Source: Promethearchaeia archaeon
GTDB taxonomy: Archaea > Asgardarchaeota > Lokiarchaeia > Sigyniarchaeales > SOKP01
Direction of reading: 5' to 3'
Assembly: GCA_029856145.1 (NCBI GenBank)
Contig: JAHQWK010000002.1
Coordinates: forward strand, 160,001 to 224,000
DNA: 64,000 nucleotides
Positions 58,869 through 64,000 of this stretch are shown here, in pieces. The position numbers and the translations under genes were made by a program. The notes below the pieces were generated by a model that worked only from the letters and a program-made list of their open reading frames with translations, had not been told where the DNA came from and did not search any database. Each line of letters starts with the position of its first letter. Positions within the stretch are counted from its first letter, which is position 1.

Positions 58869-59759
58869 ATTTCTAATAAACCTAATGAAACTGAGAAAGA
58901 ATCCAATGAACAAGATGCTGAGGCAAGTTATTATTATGCCCTAAGTCATGATATCCGTAGAAAGATAATAAAAATTATTGGAGACAATGAATATACTACT
59001 TTTACTAAACTTAAAAAAGAACTTGGAGTAAGCACTGGAACTATATACCATCATCTAGATGCATTGTCAGAATTAGTAGAGCAAAAACAAAATAAAAAAT
59101 ATTATTTACAAGAATTAGGAATCTATGCTTATAATTCTTTAAAAAATAATGTTGAAACGATTAAGACCCCCGATTTTGCGCATAGGGAACTTAAATCCCC
59201 AATTTTACGCAAATTAATGTGGATTACATCAAAAAGATTTATCCAGTTTGAAAAAAAAGATAAAAAATTCTCTATCATAATTTCATTAGGAATAATCATC
59301 TTAGGAACGATTTTTTGTGGATTAAATGGTTTTTATTCGTTTTTATTATTTTTTATGGAGATAAGTCAATATAATTTGGAATTGTTTTTTCAGATATTAA
59401 TCAGTTTAAGTTTTATAGCAAATTTCTTTATATTTTTCATTATAATTGAGGGGATCTCTCGATTCTTTTATAAAAAGAATGAGAATATAATAGATTTCTT
59501 AGTTTCTTTTGCGATTATTCTATATCCCCTGATTTTATTCCTTTTAATTCATTTAATTTTCAAATGGGTTAACCTATTAAATGTTAGTATATTTAATTTA
59601 CTGGATAATGTTCTATTGATTATTTTTCAAGTTTGGTCATTATGGTTATTATCATATAGTTTATGTGTAAAAAAAGGATTAAAAATCGAAAGTAGTCTAA
59701 TCATTTCACTTTTACTTCATTATGGTGGTTTTACTATAATATTGATTTTTTTGGTTTGA
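58869..59759 (+). CDS. ArsR-like winged-HTH domain fused to a multi-TM domain (start probably ATT 58869)
   Basis: Frame upstream of the annotated TTG 59064 reads ALSHDIRRKIIKII...FTKLKKELGVSTGTIYHHLDALSELVEQ; no ATG/GTG/TTG between TAA 58860 and 59064. Confidence 0.75.
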   Translation: MSNKPNETEKESNEQDAEASYYYALSHDIRRKIIKIIGDNEYTTFTKLKKELGVSTGTIYHHLDALSELVEQKQNKKYYLQELGIYAYNSLKNNVETIKTPDFAHRELKSPILRKLMWITSKRFIQFEKKDKKFSIIISLGIIILGTIFCGLNGFYSFLLFFMEISQYNLELFFQILISLSFIANFFIFFIIIEGISRFFYKKNENIIDFLVSFAIILYPLILFLLIHLIFKWVNLLNVSIFNLLDNVLLIIFQVWSLWLLSYSLCVKKGLKIESSLIISLLLHYGGFTIILIFLV

Positions 59760-61038
59760 AGACATTGAAATTCAAGCTTTCTAAAGATTGAATTATCTCA
59801 TTTAATCTTATTTTTGAGGAGGATAGGTCCTTTGTTTTTGTAGCAATAAAACAAGAGTATTGATTATATTCATTAAGTGAAATAGGGGGAGTAACAAATT
59901 CAGGGATTATTTTCATTAATTTAGGTAATAGCTCTTCATGAATTAATTCCATATTTTCAAAATTATTACAATTAAAATCAATTCGCGTGAAGTAAGAATA
60001 ATCATGTAAATCTATTTCAATCTCACTAATATTTTTAATCTTAGAATTAAAAATTAGTTCCGCACAATTAAAATTAAGAATCTTCCTTAGCCCTATATAT
60101 GATGTGGTCAATCTAGGGTTAATCTCTATAAAATTAAATGATTGTTTATTTTTCTCTATGAAGTCAATACCAAAGTATCCTTCAAATTTAAGAATTTTTA
60201 ATTTTTTGATGAAAATTGATATTTTATTGATAAGTTCTTTATAATTTTCCAATGGAGTATATCCTCCAAGGTATTCAGATTCTATATTCTTGATATTAAT
60301 ATTTTGAGAATTCACACTCAAGACTAATGGGTTTACATATAAATATGGGGATCCTATTAAAGAAAGACTTAAATCTCTTCCGTCAATAAATTCTTGGATT
60401 ATATAGTTCCTTTTTTTTTCTAACTTTGTATTAAAGTCCATGAAGAAATTTAATATTTGAGCCTCTTTTTCAAAGTAGTAAACTGATTCCGCTCCAACTC
60501 CATCTTCGGGTTTAATAACAATAGGGCATTTTAATTTTCTAAATTTATGAAGTATGAAGTTTTTGTCTAAAAGATTCCCTTTGTAAGGTATTCTGTAAGT
60601 TTTTGGTGTTAAAACTTTATTTTTTTTAAAGATTTTATAAGTGATGATTTTTGATGTCCCATATTTAATCCCCTTTAAATTTGTGCTTAAAATAATTTTA
60701 TCATGGTTTTTAACGATTTTTGTTAATTCATAAAGAATTTTCGAAGTTTCTGGAGCAATAATAAACACATACTTAGTATTCTTTACTAAATCCTTGAAAA
60801 TCTTTAAATAATTATTATTTTTTTTTATTTTTCTTACATTATCAGCTTGGATGAATTTGGATAAAAAACATATCCTATAATCTAACATTGTATGAATCTC
60901 AAAATCTAAGGCCTTAAAGTCTGTAATAAGCGATCTTAACATACCAAATCCTTCGCAAAAAAGTGAGGTTGGTATATTAACTTGACTAAAACCGCCACCG
61001 GAAACAAATTCAAAAATGAAGATTTTATTTTTGTTCAA
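59734..61038 (-). CDS. ATP-grasp protein, tyramine--L-glutamate ligase (MfnD-like)
   Basis: FEFVSGGG, EGFGML, IAPE, KPEDGVGA, QEFIDG, GYFGIDF, IEINPRLTTSY. Confidence 0.82.
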   Translation of the reverse strand: MNKNKIFIFEFVSGGGFSQVNIPTSLFCEGFGMLRSLITDFKALDFEIHTMLDYRICFLSKFIQADNVRKIKKNNNYLKIFKDLVKNTKYVFIIAPETSKILYELTKIVKNHDKIILSTNLKGIKYGTSKIITYKIFKKNKVLTPKTYRIPYKGNLLDKNFILHKFRKLKCPIVIKPEDGVGAESVYYFEKEAQILNFFMDFNTKLEKKRNYIIQEFIDGRDLSLSLIGSPYLYVNPLVLSVNSQNINIKNIESEYLGGYTPLENYKELINKISIFIKKLKILKFEGYFGIDFIEKNKQSFNFIEINPRLTTSYIGLRKILNFNCAELIFNSKIKNISEIEIDLHDYSYFTRIDFNCNNFENMELIHEELLPKLMKIIPEFVTPPISLNEYNQYSCFIATKTKDLSSSKIRLNEIIQSLESLNFNVFKPKKSIL

Positions 61039-61203
61039 TTTCTACTTTTTTCTTTAAAATATATTTTTTCAAAATTTATTAAATAACTTAGTGACTTATC
61101 CTTCAAAATTCTTAATGGATTTAAAAATTTCATCAAAAGATTTTAAAGGAAACATAAAATATTGTTATATAACCAAAATTTATTAAAAATTGCTGGTTCT
61201 GAT

Positions 61204-62433
61204 ATGATTTTTGATGAAGAAACCATGAGAAGGATAAGGTATCTTCACTTTAAAACTAAACATTTAGAAGATGCTTTAGAAAAAGAAGATGAACAATTTA
61301 GTCCAGATGATTTAAATCTAATATTGGAATATACTAAGATCTTAAATATTAATTATAAAAATGAAAACCATAAAGAAATACTTAGGGAATTGGATATAAC
61401 TCAAATTTTTGATGATCCTGTAGCAAATAAGGAAATTGAAATTCAAGATATAATGTTTGAATGTTCTCATGCTCTATGGATTATGGCAAAAGCTTATTCC
61501 CAATTATCTGAAAAGTATGAAGCGGAAGGGGAATGGGAGAATGCAATTATAGCTATGACAGAATGTAGCAAGATTTATAAAACAGCTGCTTATTTCAGTG
61601 CTGCTGTTGTCCATCAAAAAGAAAAAGGAGAAATTCTTACTTCAGAAAATCTTGAGTTAAATTCAGAAGAATCAAGAATTATTGCTCAAAGCCTTGCTGC
61701 CTTACGAGAAGAAACTAATAATAATATTTATTTTTCTTCAAAACTATATGCAGGTCTTAGTATGTTATCGAAAAGATTATTCTACCTAAAAAAACATGAT
61801 GAAAAAAAGAAACAGCAAATTAGAGCTCAATTTCATTATGATATGGGAAAGGCATGTTATCTCAAAGCACGTGCTTCCTTGGAATCTTCAATTACATTAA
61901 TTAATAAAGAAAAGGTATTGAAATTACAGGAAAAAGCTTTATGGTATTATATTAAAGCTAGAGATATTTGGGAGGATATGTTAAGTAATCTATCACTTTC
62001 AAGTGAGGAAAAAGAAAATATTGAATTAAATTTATCGATAGTGAAAGATAATTTAAAAGAAAACGATGAGGAGCAATTAGATTACGAGGAAATAAAGAAA
62101 ATACAAGATCCGGAGCCAATTATCATCATCCCAGAAAATTTAGCTCCATTCGTTCCAAAAAGTATTATCTATCTAACCAAATTTGTACCTAAGGACCTGA
62201 ATATCAAACGATTTAAATCATACCAAAAGAAGAAATTAGAAGAAAAGATCCCTTATAGCAAAAAAGAAAAATTAATTGATCAAAAGGCTGGAGTTGTAAG
62301 GACTATAAACGAGTTAAAACTATTAAAGGAAAATAATGAAATTGATGTTGATAAATTTGTTGAACTTATAGAAAAATATTCTACAAAACTAAAAATGATA
62401 GATTCTGCTATTGAGAAATTAGCTAAAAGATAA
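61204..62433 (+). CDS. hypothetical alpha-helical (TPR-like) protein
   Basis: Long ORF with Ala/Tyr-rich helical repeats; ATG 61204 preferred over TTG 61162. Confidence 0.6.
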   Translation: MIFDEETMRRIRYLHFKTKHLEDALEKEDEQFSPDDLNLILEYTKILNINYKNENHKEILRELDITQIFDDPVANKEIEIQDIMFECSHALWIMAKAYSQLSEKYEAEGEWENAIIAMTECSKIYKTAAYFSAAVVHQKEKGEILTSENLELNSEESRIIAQSLAALREETNNNIYFSSKLYAGLSMLSKRLFYLKKHDEKKKQQIRAQFHYDMGKACYLKARASLESSITLINKEKVLKLQEKALWYYIKARDIWEDMLSNLSLSSEEKENIELNLSIVKDNLKENDEEQLDYEEIKKIQDPEPIIIIPENLAPFVPKSIIYLTKFVPKDLNIKRFKSYQKKKLEEKIPYSKKEKLIDQKAGVVRTINELKLLKENNEIDVDKFVELIEKYSTKLKMIDSAIEKLAKR

Positions 62434-62483
62434 AAAAATAACATAATAATTTTTCATATTTATAAATCTTCTCCTTGTATTGA

Positions 62484-62963
62484 TCATTTTTCTGTTTCAA
62501 TGTATTTCTTACGATCTTCTTCTATTTCAGCATCCCTTCGAGATTCTTCTAAAAAAACTAAATCATAAACTTCTTTAAGAACTACACCAATCAACAGTAT
62601 CTCCATAAGAATGATAAGAGATATCATTAAAATTTCTAAATTATGTAAATTTTTAAAAAAAAGGATTGAAAATACAAAAACATGCGGTAGATAGATTAAG
62701 GTAGCAATTCCTAAACTTTTAGCAAATCTAATTATATTTTTAGTTTCTAATTTGAAAATTTTTTCTAATCTTATAACATTCCATAAATAATACAAAGAAA
62801 AAAAAATATTTATAGAACATAAGATAACAATCATATCCCTTTCTTGAGATTGAATCCCTATATATGGTTTTAATACAATTGAACCAATCATAAGAGTTAT
62901 TGAAAATATAAATAGAATTAAAGCTAAAGATAACATTCCATCATGGAAATCTTTAAAATCCAA
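62484..62963 (-). CDS. 4-TM membrane protein
   Basis: 159-aa hydrophobic ORF with charged tail. Confidence 0.62.
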   Translation of the reverse strand: MDFKDFHDGMLSLALILFIFSITLMIGSIVLKPYIGIQSQERDMIVILCSINIFFSLYYLWNVIRLEKIFKLETKNIIRFAKSLGIATLIYLPHVFVFSILFFKNLHNLEILMISLIILMEILLIGVVLKEVYDLVFLEESRRDAEIEEDRKKYIETEK

Positions 62964-63087
62964 GAGTTGACCACTATTCTATAAATATTATATAAATTGA
63001 ATTCTTACTTATGAAAGAAAGTTATAATGTATTAAGGTATTTTGTTTTCATAAATAATTATTATTAAGGATAAATTTGAGATTTATA

Positions 63088-63822
63088 ATGAATGATTTGG
63101 AAATTGAAGATGTTGATATTCCTATAAAAACAGATAGTATTAAACTGAAAGGATCAATATATTATAACTTAGAAACCCCATTAAAAGCTCCATGGATTAT
63201 AATTTTAGCAGGATTTCTAGCTCATCGAGGTAGTGATTTTGTTAAAGATTTTATTAATAGATTTGTGAGCGAGAGATACTACGTTTTATCTTATGATTAT
63301 CGAGGTCATGGAGAGAAGATAAACAATGTTGATAAATTTGAACTCTATAAATTGACACCAAAAATATTTTCAGATATTTCTGAAGTTTTAAGTTGGGTTT
63401 TGGAGAATCAATCTAATAGACTTTTAAAAGAAAAAATTATCCTTTTTGGAAGAAGTTATGGTGGTGGTATCGTCTTAACCTATGGTTTTATAGATGTAAG
63501 AGTGAAATATTTAATTGCTCTATGTGCTAGATATGACTATTCAACAGTTCAATTAAAAATTCCTGATGATCTAAAAATAAAGATGTCAAAAATAATAAGT
63601 CCAAAGTATTTTTTAACAAATAATCCAAGAAATAATGAAAGAGTCCTTCTAGCACATTGTAAAGATGATAAAAGAATTCCATTTAGCAATGTTCTTGAAA
63701 TTAAGGAGCATTTAGGTTTAAGGGAAGATAATGTATTAATATATGAAAATGGAGGTCATTCATTTGAGGGCCATAAAGATCATATATTTAACCGTATTAT
63801 AGAATTCTTAAAAGAAATATAA
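63088..63822 (+). CDS. alpha/beta-fold hydrolase
   Basis: YDYRGHG, GRSYGG nucleophile elbow, DDKRIP, GGHSF. Confidence 0.88.
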   Translation: MNDLEIEDVDIPIKTDSIKLKGSIYYNLETPLKAPWIIILAGFLAHRGSDFVKDFINRFVSERYYVLSYDYRGHGEKINNVDKFELYKLTPKIFSDISEVLSWVLENQSNRLLKEKIILFGRSYGGGIVLTYGFIDVRVKYLIALCARYDYSTVQLKIPDDLKIKMSKIISPKYFLTNNPRNNERVLLAHCKDDKRIPFSNVLEIKEHLGLREDNVLIYENGGHSFEGHKDHIFNRIIEFLKEI

Positions 63823-63873
63823 GAAAGGAAATAATAAATTATATATCAATTATAATATTAATTGGTGAGATTT

Positions 63874-64000
63874 TTGGAAAAAATAGTTATAGTAGGACCT
63901 TCGTCGCAAATTCTTGGCGTTAAAATAGCACAAGAACTAGGTATTGAATCAATAAATACAGATATTAAAAAATTTCCAGATGGAGAAAATTATCTTAGAA
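63874..64000 (+). CDS. prs: ribose-phosphate pyrophosphokinase, N-terminus only (runs off the window)
   Basis: GGTG SD then TTG; MEKIVIVGPSSQILGVKIAQELG...KKFPDGENYLR. Confidence 0.88.
   Translation, partial: MEKIVIVGPSSQILGVKIAQELGIESINTDIKKFPDGENYLR

Noticed and set aside
1-64000. CRISPR arrays, IS elements, rRNA, selenoprotein UGA readthrough
   Set aside because: No spaced direct repeats, transposase motifs, rRNA-like blocks or homology continuing through an in-frame TGA were seen by eye.

Overview
AT-rich archaeal chromosomal window, most likely from an Asgard archaeon of the Lokiarchaeia. The evidence is an archaeal histone, Rps8e, SRP19, PsmB, archaeal GluRS/ThrRS and RibK/RibL, together with a Rab-like GTPase, a longin-like protein and a Loki-type LRR family protein. 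It holds about 55 CDS and two tRNA genes. Both tRNAs (Pro-GGG, Arg-GCG) carry bulge-helix-bulge (BHB) introns at non-canonical T-arm positions. The main finding is an apparent 32-nt BHB intron (1153-1184) inside a protein-coding gene, a GlcD-like FAD oxidoreductase. Cutting after the second nucleotide of each 3-nt bulge removes an in-frame stop, repairs a frameshift and rebuilds a 493-aa protein, which suggests tRNA-endonuclease-type mRNA splicing of a metabolic gene. Other leads: two genes that seem to need AUU start codons; an orphan CheR-coiled-coil-CheD fusion lacking the CheD catalytic Cys; a membrane-anchored legumain/GPI8-like peptidase with an inserted domain; a 1469-aa prenyltransferase-like/coiled-coil/PCI-like/TM protein; an adaptin-ear-like protein; and a structured intergenic element beside an NYN nuclease gene. 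No CRISPR array, rRNA or intact transposase was seen. All calls come from reading the sequence; no searches or folding programs were run.
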